Shown here piece by piece: positions 25,372-32,000 of a DNA stretch of 32,000 nucleotides. The stretch comes from an uncultured Chloroflexia bacterium. GTDB lineage: Bacteria; Chloroflexota; Ktedonobacteria; Ktedonobacterales; JADMIN01. A program made the translations under genes and the position numbers. The notes beneath the pieces were generated by a model. That model was given only the letters and a program-made list of their open reading frames with translations, did not search any database and was not told the origin of the DNA. Positions within the stretch are counted from its first letter, which is position 1; each line of letters starts with the position of its first letter. The DNA lies in contig CAVRAI010000001.1 in NCBI GenBank assembly GCA_963718915.1, positions 180,001-212,000 on the forward strand. Direction: 5' to 3'.

Positions 25372-26520
25372 TCACTCACCAGTTGTTTCGTCGGGCATGT
25401 TGGCTGACGGCGTCTGCTCATGGCGGATGGAGGCCAGGCCCGCGGTGACACGCTGCCGCAGACCGCGCAGACGCGCCACCTGTGTCTTGCCCTGGGCGCC
25501 AACCTGCGCCGTCGCCTCGTTCCACAACTTGCCGGTATTCTGCCGCAGGTGCGCGAGCCTCACCTCCGCCGATTGTTGCACGCGGGCAGCGCCAGCCCGC
25601 GCATCCGCCGCGAAATCCCGGTGTGTGGGTGGCGTCGCGACTGGTGTTTCCCGCGTTATCGGCGGCTCAGGCGCTGGTGTGGCGGGCGCGACGGCCGGGG
25701 CAGCCGAGACGACAGGCACAGTGTTCGGCACGGACGCTGGCTCAGCGGCTACCTGCGCCTCCACCGCTGTTGCCACTACAGGCTCGGCCGTTGCCTCTAT
25801 CGCCGTCTCCGCAGCTGGCTCGACCAGCCGCCGGGGGCCGGGCTGCGCTGCGGGCTGGACTGGCTGCTTCACGGGTACCGCCTGCGCGTCAGCTTCAGAT
25901 GCGGGCGTCGCGATACGTCCCACGGGAACGGGGCGCGCCCGGCGGGCGGCGGGAACCGGGGTGGTGGGACGGGCAACGGGAGCGGGAGCCGTCTGTGGCA
26001 GGAGACGGAGCGCGGTTGCCGCGCTGGACGCATGGCTGGCGGCTGGCCGGGCGATACGCAGGGCGGCAAGCTGGTCGCGCGCCTCGTCGCGCTGGGCCGT
26101 CACCCGGTCGTGATCGTCCGCCAGCGCCTGGTGACGCGCCAGCACCCGCTCGTGACGCGCCAATAGATCCTCATGCTGCTCTATCAGCCGCGCGCGCAGC
26201 TCCTCACGATCCTCGATGTAGTCCTCTTGCTCCTCCAGCAGATCCTCGCGATCCACCAGCAGTCGCTCCAGGCTTCGTACATCACGTTCGAGCGCGCGGA
26301 CATGCAGTCCGGCGGCGAGTCGGCCCGGCAGCAGGAGCAGCAGCGCAATCACGAAGCCGAAGACCGCCGCACCCAACATCACGAACGCTACGTTCACCGG
26401 GTATTGCGCTTTGATCAGGTCAATTTGAATCGTGTAGTGATTGAGCGCCAGAAAGATGAGTACCATGAAACCCAGAACCGATACCATCACATACAAGATC
26501 AAGAAGCGTATGATGCGCAT
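25372..26520 (-). CDS. LapA-domain (DUF1049-like) two-TM protein with coiled coil and Ala/Pro-rich low-complexity tail
   Basis: The N-terminus MRIIRFLILYVMVSVLGFMVLIFLAL...VAFVMLGAAVFGFVIALLLLLP gives two TM helices as in the LapA domain. A charged heptad-like segment (RDVRSLERLLVDREDLLEEQEDYIEDREELRARLIEQHEDLLARHERVLARHQAL) follows, then A/P/T-rich sequence. Confidence 0.65.
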   Translation of the reverse strand: MRIIRFLILYVMVSVLGFMVLIFLALNHYTIQIDLIKAQYPVNVAFVMLGAAVFGFVIALLLLLPGRLAAGLHVRALERDVRSLERLLVDREDLLEEQEDYIEDREELRARLIEQHEDLLARHERVLARHQALADDHDRVTAQRDEARDQLAALRIARPAASHASSAATALRLLPQTAPAPVARPTTPVPAARRARPVPVGRIATPASEADAQAVPVKQPVQPAAQPGPRRLVEPAAETAIEATAEPVVATAVEAQVAAEPASVPNTVPVVSAAPAVAPATPAPEPPITRETPVATPPTHRDFAADARAGAARVQQSAEVRLAHLRQNTGKLWNEATAQVGAQGKTQVARLRGLRQRVTAGLASIRHEQTPSANMPDETTGE

Positions 26521-26671
26521 ATTGTTGCCTCACTATTCCGCGTGTTCCATCCACGCTGAAGGCATGCTATTCACAAACATTCTCCACCAAACATGCTCAA
26601 TGACAGTATGACGAACTGGGAGGCTGGCGGCTACATAGGCAGGACCGCTTGTGTTATGTCGCGCGACAGAA

Positions 26672-26706
26672 AGCGGCCCAGGCCGGAAATGACCTGAGCC
26701 GCTGAG
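26672..26706. repeat. 35-bp direct repeat copy 1 (identical to 27375-27409), contains an internal inverted repeat
   Basis: The sequence is AGCGGCCCAGGCCGGAAATGACCTGAGCCGCTGAG. AGCGGC pairs with GCCGCT. It lies about 30 bp downstream of the toxin pseudogene stop. Confidence 0.9.
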
Positions 26707-26738
26707 GGAGATTCCATCTGGGATTGTGGCGTGATGGC

Positions 26739-27026
26739 TTACAAGCGTGCGAGCAGTTTATCATACTTGTCATGCGTGCCAATCCAGAACCAGAGCATAT
26801 GATCGGGCTTTCTTTTCGCCATGACGCGATATTGTTGATTGACCCGCGCCGAATAATACTCGCCCCGCGTATGGAGGCGCTCAAAGTTCAGGCCGGGATG
26901 ATTTGGATTGGTTTCATAGAGTTAAAAGGCTTTGCGTGCCTGTTGTTGCACATCCTCAGGCAAGTCAGCCAGCAGCGCGCGAAACTGTTGAGTGGTTCTA
27001 TTGGGCCAGAACCGCTCGCTACTCAT
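26739..27026 (-). pseudogene. RelE/ParE-superfamily type II toxin with in-frame TAA at codon 35
   Basis: My own translation is MSSERFWPNRTTQQFRALLADLPEDVQQQARKAF*LYETNPNHPGLNFERLHTRGEYYSARVNQQYRVMAKRKPDHMLWFWIGTHDKYDKLLARL*. The stop is at 26922-26924 and the frame is unchanged across it. The ATG overlaps the antitoxin stop (ATGAGTAG). Confidence 0.7.
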
Positions 27027-27240
27027 AGCTTTCACTCAGCGGGCGCGTGAGACCAGCGGCGTCTTCCGCATCGCCATCCGCTGAGAGCATATCGAGCAAA
27101 TCGTCTGTCTTGGGGTGACTGAGCAAGCGCTCCCATTTCTGTTCGTCGGCGAAGGCCAACATCTTTGCCGCGATTTCGTTTTGCGCCTCTTCGGGCAACT
27201 GTTCAATTTGCTCTAGCGCACGTCGCAATTGCTCAGTCAT
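27019..27240 (-). CDS. Putative type II antitoxin (small acidic helical protein)
   Basis: 73 aa reading MTEQLRRALEQIEQLPEEAQNEIAAKMLAFADEQKWERLL.... It lies immediately upstream of, and overlaps, the toxin-like ORF. The family was not recognised precisely. Confidence 0.6.
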   Translation of the reverse strand: MTEQLRRALEQIEQLPEEAQNEIAAKMLAFADEQKWERLLSHPKTDDLLDMLSADGDAEDAAGLTRPLSESYE

Positions 27241-27270
27241 ATGCTCAATCTCTCTGCTCTATTCACCTTG

Positions 27271-27312
27271 TCATCTTATCATCTTTCATCTATCTTATCA
27301 TCTTATCATCTT
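27271..27312. repeat. AT-rich cluster of five TCATCT(T/A) heptamers just upstream of the antitoxin gene (candidate operator/promoter region)
   Basis: Copies start at 27271, 27279, 27286, 27298 and 27306. The cluster is strikingly AT-rich within a high-GC context. Confidence 0.6.
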
Positions 27313-27374
27313 AGTTCTCAGGTCGGGTAGCGAATACACTGTATCACAAGCGGATCAAGGGGTTCATGGCAAAC

Positions 27375-27409
27375 AGCGGCCCAGGCCGGAAATGACCTGA
27401 GCCGCTGAG
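27375..27409. repeat. 35-bp direct repeat copy 2 (identical to 26672-26706)
   Basis: The 35-mer is identical to copy 1. Here the stem extends to CAGCGGC/GCCGCTG. It lies about 28 bp downstream of the dioxygenase stop. Confidence 0.9.
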
Positions 27410-27436
27410 AGATGGGATATATATAGTGGCGAGCCG

Positions 27437-28486
27437 CTATGCGATTGTGCCTGAGCCAGTCGTCATAGGCGTTGGCAGCGGACGCAATCCCGCCTCTATC
27501 TCGCGCCGGTGTGGCTCCAGGAACGGCGGCAGCGCCAGCGTCTCGCCGAGATGCTCCGCATCCTCGTCCGTGGCGAAGCCGGGGCCGTCGGTGGCAATCT
27601 CGAAGAGCACGCCGCCCGGCTCGCGGAAGTAGATCGAATGGAAGTAGAAGCGGTCGATCACTGGCGTCACGCGAAGCCCTGCCTCGTCGAGCCGCTCGCG
27701 CCAGGCGACGTGTGTCTCGTTGGTTGGCGTGCGGAAGGCGACGTGGTGGACGCCGCCGATGCCGACTTGGCCCATTCGCGGGTCGCCGACGCGCTGCTCC
27801 AGATGTACCTCTGTGCCGGGGCCGCCGTTGCCCACCTGATAGATACGCACCAGCCGGGTCTCGCCGCCCCCCTCGCTCGGCGGCAGGGTATACTGGCCTG
27901 ACTCGCGGAAGCCCATCGTCTCCGTGAGCACGTGCAGGGTGGCGTCCTCACGCGCCGAGAGCAACCGGACACCGTGCAGCCCGCGAATCTGGTATTCCGC
28001 CGGGATGGGGCTGCGCGCCCAGGGCGTGCCACCCGCGACGTGCTGCTCCTCGCCCTCTGCCGGGGCCACCAGCTCCAGCCGCTGCCCCTCAGGGTCGCTG
28101 AACGGCAAGACCGCACGGCCCGCGCGCTGCTGGACGCCCTCATGCGCGACGCTTCGCTCATCGAAGTGCTGCACCCACCAGTCGAGCGCGGCGCGGTCTG
28201 GCGCGCGCAGCAGAATCGCGGCGACGGTTCCCACGCCATGGCGCGCGGGGCCAGCGTCGGGCCAGTCGAAGAAGGTCAACTCGGTGCCCGCGTGGCCGCT
28301 CTCGTCGCCGTAGAAGAGGTGGTAGGCTGAGACATCGTCCTGGTTGACGGTCTTCTTGACCAGCCGCATGCCCAGCACCTGTGTGTAAAACGCGACATTG
28401 CCCGCCGCGTTGCCGGTGACGGCGGTGATGTGGTGCAGCCCGCCGAGCCGCGAATTTGCTGTATTGGTTGTCTCAATCTTTTCCAT
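27437..28486 (-). CDS. VOC-superfamily ring-cleaving dioxygenase (glyoxalase family, MhqA/MhqO-like)
   Basis: An ATG at 28486 is preceded by GGAGCAGG. GLHHITAVTGNAAGNVAFYTQVLGMRLVKKTVNQDDVSAYHLFYGDESGHAGTELTFFDWP and the later GGVHHVAFR...FHSIYFREPGGVLFEIATDGPGF are typical of this family. Confidence 0.85.
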   Translation of the reverse strand: MEKIETTNTANSRLGGLHHITAVTGNAAGNVAFYTQVLGMRLVKKTVNQDDVSAYHLFYGDESGHAGTELTFFDWPDAGPARHGVGTVAAILLRAPDRAALDWWVQHFDERSVAHEGVQQRAGRAVLPFSDPEGQRLELVAPAEGEEQHVAGGTPWARSPIPAEYQIRGLHGVRLLSAREDATLHVLTETMGFRESGQYTLPPSEGGGETRLVRIYQVGNGGPGTEVHLEQRVGDPRMGQVGIGGVHHVAFRTPTNETHVAWRERLDEAGLRVTPVIDRFYFHSIYFREPGGVLFEIATDGPGFATDEDAEHLGETLALPPFLEPHRREIEAGLRPLPTPMTTGSGTIA

Positions 28487-28563
28487 GATCCTGCTCCGTT
28501 TCGGTCTGCGTGTAGTGCCAGCGGAAGCCATGCCAGCCCCTCTGATACACTATACCTTCTACA

Positions 28564-28585
28564 AATAGTTTAGTACTAAACTATT
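28564..28585. promoter_or_regulatory. Perfect 22-bp AT-rich palindrome, candidate operator
   Basis: AATAGTTTAGT/ACTAAACTATT lies 78 bp upstream of the dioxygenase start and 109 bp upstream of the MazG-like start, in the divergent intergenic region. Confidence 0.45.
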
Positions 28586-28693
28586 GAACTGTCAACAGGC
28601 GGACGGCTATCATCGTGAGGTTAGGTCATACAAGCGGCATATGATACACTTAAGTCGCACGCTTAAATCATTCAAAAATGTGAGGAGACCTGC

Positions 28694-29032
28694 ATGGATA
28701 TTCAGGATTTTCAAGCATATCAGCAAGCATCGCGAAAGACCTGGGGAGCGATCCCGATGGATAGTCCCATTGTATATCCGACACTCGGACTCACCAACGA
28801 GGCTGGGGAGGTTGCAGGAAAGATCAAAAAGATCTTTCGCGATAAAGGGGGAAAGATTTCCGCAGAGGATCGTGAAGCCCTGAAATACGAATTAGGGGAC
28901 GTCCTGTGGTATCTCACCCAGATCTGTACAGAACTGGATCTGACCCTGCAAGAAGTCGCATCAGCGAATGTTGAAAAGCTCTATTCGCGCCTGGAACGCG
29001 GTCAGATTCGTGGAGAGGGCGATAAGCGGTAA
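28694..29032 (+). CDS. MazG-like nucleoside triphosphate pyrophosphohydrolase (small all-alpha NTP-PPase)
   Basis: 112 aa with an RBS GAGGAG. LGLTNEAGEVAGKIKKIFRD (EXXE) and ELGDVLWYLTQICTELDL...NVEKL are typical of the small MazG family. The region is low-GC. Confidence 0.8.
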   Translation: MDIQDFQAYQQASRKTWGAIPMDSPIVYPTLGLTNEAGEVAGKIKKIFRDKGGKISAEDREALKYELGDVLWYLTQICTELDLTLQEVASANVEKLYSRLERGQIRGEGDKR

Positions 29033-29274
29033 AGAGCCATATGAAGGAGAAAGACGAGCAGTCAGGTTCTCTCGTGGTCAGTCCGCTGGGATTGAAGATT
29101 CTGCGGGTCAAACCACCTACTTTACCCGAATCCCTGGGGGTGGAGGCGACGCGCGGGTTCCAGTGTATGCCGCCCAAAGTATTCTGTGACATACTGTGAA
29201 AGGTGAATGGCGCAGCGCACATGCGTTGTGGCAGAGAATACCTAGAGACACATTACAAGGGCTACATAGTGTCC

Positions 29275-29484
29275 ATGCATTCCACTTCAGCACAGATAAC
29301 GACTGATCCGCAGGTCCTCAGCGGCAAACCGGTGGTCGCTGGCACACGTATCTCAGTGCAACTCATCCTCGAAAAGATGCGTGATGGTTGGACGATCACA
29401 GACCTGCTTGATGACTATCCCCACCTCACCCGCGAGCAGATCGTTGCCGCTCTCGCCTATGTTGCCGAAGCCATGGGAGCATAG
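29275..29484 (+). CDS. DUF433 domain protein (antitoxin-like HTH), no cognate toxin gene adjacent
   Basis: TTDPQVLSGKPVVAGTRISVQLILEKMRDGWTITDLLDDYPHLTREQIVAALAY is the canonical DUF433 pattern. An ATG at 29275 is the likely start, whereas the track ORF begins at 29203. Confidence 0.8.
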   Translation: MHSTSAQITTDPQVLSGKPVVAGTRISVQLILEKMRDGWTITDLLDDYPHLTREQIVAALAYVAEAMGA

Positions 29485-29517
29485 GGCGCCTGATGAATTT
29501 TATGCGCACTTATTAGA

Positions 29518-31422
29518 TCACCTCGCAGATCGCTGGAAGGCCTCGACCATCCGCTGAGCGATCTGGCGATGGCCATGAAGGTGGGCAGGGAGTGATAACA
29601 GTTGATAATTCTCTGAGCCTCGTATATGGCCTATAACACCTGTTCCTGTTAACCAAGATGATCCTCGGACGACCAAGTTATCTAACTCGCTGAAGGCTGT
29701 ATAGCTTTCATGACCGAATAGACGACGCACGATCCCTGTTGGATAGATTATCAGCATCTCCGGCACGTTTCCTGCCCTCTCAAGCCGATGAATTCCCAAA
29801 GGGATAAGGACAAATATTCCAGCGGCATACAGTACCGGCATAAGGACTTGGTTGAGTATCCCTCCCGTTGCTAGGATGCCACCAAGGAGCATCAGGAAGA
29901 GAAGATCCCAACGCGTCAACTTGCCGCCGTAAAATACTTGCTCGTCGGGAAGCGGAGCCTTCATCATTCCTCGTGCGAGAACATAGATTGGAGCATCTTC
30001 TCGGTGCATGGTTATTTCTTCTGGAAGCACGCCAGTTCTCTCTAAGGCAAACAGTATTTGCAAGAAACCGGTATAATGATCCTTTCGCATATCGGCATAA
30101 ATGTAAGGACGCAACTTAGCAGGGATAGACCTGCACGCCTTTACCATGACACCAATCACGGGCTTACCTAAGTCCAATGCCGTCGTATATTCTTCTTGAA
30201 CGGCTTCAGAACGCATAGAATCAGGGGAAATGAAGACAGCGAGCGCTGAACACTGTTGGATAGCGGTTCGGATCTCCTGTTTCCACCGCTTCCCAGCCAA
30301 TAGCCGACTACGATCAACCCATGGCTGCAAACCGTTCTCCCGGATTCCCCTTTCAGCGTCATCGACGACTTGTGGGTTACTGCGTGCATAGCTCAGGAAG
30401 ATAAGTGGCCTGTGTTCACTAGGCTGATCACTTGTTCTGCTCTTCTGGGCGTGTCGGAACGCAACGACAATCCTTGCCGCGATCACTTGCGTGATTTTGC
30501 TTAGCGAGCGTCCTGGCTGGAAATTGAATGTTGCTGGGATCATCACCGTCTTCCGTGTCCCATCATCCTCGACTACTGCTAACGAAGATCCGAAGAGATC
30601 GGCAACACGAGCGGAGACTCCTTTTTTTAAGGACTTGTAATCGACACTTTCAAGCTCCAAAATCTGGATTGATTGCAGCTTTGCAAATGGATATGACACA
30701 ACCCTTCCAGGCTCATTGATCAGAAATCCGTGCGGGGTTAGGACGATTAACGGGCCATATTTTACAACTTGCCAAATCTTTGTACGATAGGCTCTGAAGA
30801 ATGAAATAGCAAATATAACTCCGAACACGAGATATACACCCGACTCGTAATAGGCTCGCTGAAATTGGTCAATCACAAATGCGAGAAACGAAATGATCAT
30901 TACCAATGCAGCTGCGGTGAACGTTTCACGCGTGACGATGCGATACGAACGCGAGTGACGGCGATAGACCTGCCAATCAGGGGGAGTAAGACCATTCTGG
31001 GCCCGCACCAACACGACATCGGGATCAAACAGTGACGGATCATTAGGCCAGTGACTCAAGCCCTCCATATCAAGCGCAAGCAGCAATTCGCGCCACCCAA
31101 AATCAAACGACCGTGTAAAATCGCTCCACTGCAAGTCTCGAAGCGCATTGGGCAACTCGCGCCTTTTGTAAATAAGTAGCGGAAGAATTGGTCGTTGAGC
31201 CGTTGTAGCAACAGCAATTGCTTTATTTACAAGGGAGACATATTGCTTCTGCTCAGTAATGCCAATGCAGATTGCGGCAAAAGGCGACAGCCGCTGCAAT
31301 TGAGAGTTGTCGCTGACGAGCGAGATGCGTAGGCCCCGCGCAACCAATCCTTCAGCAATTCTTGCACCTAGCGTTTGCTCGGTTGTTGGTAAGCAAACGA
31401 TGATGTGAGGAGCATCAGTCAT
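29518..31422 (-). CDS. Membrane protein with internally duplicated [TIR - 2 TM helices - PH-like domain] architecture
   Basis: 634 aa with an RBS GAGGAGGGGG. The second TIR (aa about 338-465, nt 30028-30411) reads PLIFLSYARSNPQVVDDAERGIRENGLQPWVDRSRLLAGKRWKQEIRTAIQQCSALAVFISPDSMRSEAVQEEYTTALDLGKPVIGVMV. The first, TIR-like domain spans aa 5-118. TM pairs lie at aa about 167-212 and 505-546. Each pair is followed by a roughly 90-110 aa beta-rich segment. Confidence 0.8.
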   Translation of the reverse strand: MTDAPHIIVCLPTTEQTLGARIAEGLVARGLRISLVSDNSQLQRLSPFAAICIGITEQKQYVSLVNKAIAVATTAQRPILPLLIYKRRELPNALRDLQWSDFTRSFDFGWRELLLALDMEGLSHWPNDPSLFDPDVVLVRAQNGLTPPDWQVYRRHSRSYRIVTRETFTAAALVMIISFLAFVIDQFQRAYYESGVYLVFGVIFAISFFRAYRTKIWQVVKYGPLIVLTPHGFLINEPGRVVSYPFAKLQSIQILELESVDYKSLKKGVSARVADLFGSSLAVVEDDGTRKTVMIPATFNFQPGRSLSKITQVIAARIVVAFRHAQKSRTSDQPSEHRPLIFLSYARSNPQVVDDAERGIRENGLQPWVDRSRLLAGKRWKQEIRTAIQQCSALAVFISPDSMRSEAVQEEYTTALDLGKPVIGVMVKACRSIPAKLRPYIYADMRKDHYTGFLQILFALERTGVLPEEITMHREDAPIYVLARGMMKAPLPDEQVFYGGKLTRWDLLFLMLLGGILATGGILNQVLMPVLYAAGIFVLIPLGIHRLERAGNVPEMLIIYPTGIVRRLFGHESYTAFSELDNLVVRGSSWLTGTGVIGHIRGSENYQLLSLPAHLHGHRQIAQRMVEAFQRSAR

Positions 31423-31740
31423 ATCCCCCTCCTCGTAGATATTCAGAGATGAGTGGAGCAGCGCAATACATCATTCTTGCTGCGAAAGAAGAGAGAGTGG
31501 TTATCTACCCCTTCTTCGAATTGTTCATATGCCATCGCATGACGCATGGCTGCGTGACAACGTTATCTACCCATGGTCAGCTTTGTGGCTTTCATCAGAC
31601 GCCTTTTAGCCCAGCACTGCTTCCTTAATATATCATCTCTGGCAATGGCTCCGCGAACTGCATTGCATGAAGTACTCGCTAGCAGAAGGAAGCGAATATG
31701 ATCAGCCCATATATTGGGTGAATTATAGCCCCTCAACTCT

Positions 31741-32000
31741 CTACCGTGTCCAGAAGCCCTGGGGGTCGCACTCGCGGATGATGCGTAGCTCGTCGGCGGT
31801 GGGTGGCGGCGTCTCGTGGGCGTCGGGGGCTACGCGCAAGTCCCAGCCGGTGTTCGCGCGCACCTGCTCCGCGCTGCTGCCGGGATGCCACGAGCGTAGC
31901 TCCATCTCGTGCGTATCGGCGGTGAAGCCGAGCACCGCCAGCGTCGTAATCACCGCTGCTGGGCCGCCACGCGGCAGCCCCACGCGCGCCCGCCAGTCGC
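31741..32000 (-). CDS. CoA-transferase subunit B family protein, C-terminal part (gene continues beyond the window)
   Basis: GLPRGGPAAVITTLAVLGFTADTHEMELRSWHPGSSAEQVRANTGWDLRVAPDAHETPPPTADELRIIRECDPQGFW matches the C-terminus of 3-oxoacid/glutaconate CoA-transferase B subunits. The frame stays open to nt 32000. Confidence 0.75.
   Translation of the reverse strand, partial: DWRARVGLPRGGPAAVITTLAVLGFTADTHEMELRSWHPGSSAEQVRANTGWDLRVAPDAHETPPPTADELRIIRECDPQGFWTR

Noticed and set aside
25397-26414. Three overlapping plus-strand ORFs (238-310 aa) antisense to the LapA-like gene
   Set aside because: Extremely Arg/Ala/Gly/Pro-rich low-complexity sequence mirrors the Ala/Pro-rich tail of the minus-strand gene. 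There are no TM segments or motifs.
29130-29175. tRNA-like T-arm (GCGCGGGTTCCAGTG)
   Set aside because: There is no GTTCGA/GTTCRANYC loop consensus, and no acceptor or anticodon arms could be paired.
28914-29222. 102-aa minus-strand ORF and the 73-aa plus-strand ORF 28968..29189
   Set aside because: Both overlap the well-supported MazG-like gene or the structured gap, and they have no motifs or RBS.

Overview
High-GC bacterial chromosomal segment, about 65-68% G+C by eye in backbone genes. The gene content is reminiscent of Chloroflexota or Actinomycetota, but that is a guess only. About 30 protein-coding genes are supported and no rRNA, tRNA or CRISPR array was found. Backbone genes: B12-binding radical SAM enzyme, esterase, PhzF-family isomerase, DUF59 Fe-S assembly protein, a Crp/Fnr + DUF2249 + His-rich membrane protein cluster, 7Fe ferredoxin, DUF488 protein, multi-PAS histidine kinase, Ig-like surface protein, LapA-like coiled-coil protein, VOC ring-cleaving dioxygenase, and a partial CoA-transferase B subunit. 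Accessory or conflict-type content is unusually dense. (1) A three-gene minus-strand operon (9726-15509) encodes an atypical sigma-70 family protein, an XRE-like HTH protein and a 1356-aa fusion of ImmA/IrrE metallopeptidase, UvrD-type SF1 helicase and a Cas4/AddB-like Cys-cluster nuclease. I consider this the best candidate for an undescribed system. (2) A roughly 3.2-kb low-GC island (about 28.5-31.7 kb) carries a MazG-like NTP pyrophosphohydrolase, an orphan DUF433 protein and a 634-aa membrane protein built from an internally duplicated [TIR - 2 TM - PH-like] module. (3) A DUF4062(TIR-like)-STAND NTPase-TPR gene is frameshifted and 3'-truncated. (4) There is a stand-alone TIR-like protein. 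(5) A TnpB-only IS200/IS605-type element is inserted in a MaoC-dehydratase gene. (6) A RelE/ParE-type toxin-antitoxin cassette has an in-frame stop in the toxin and is bracketed by 35-bp direct repeats. Several short tandem repeats, palindromes and hairpins are also listed. All family assignments come from motif recognition by eye, and no database search was run.
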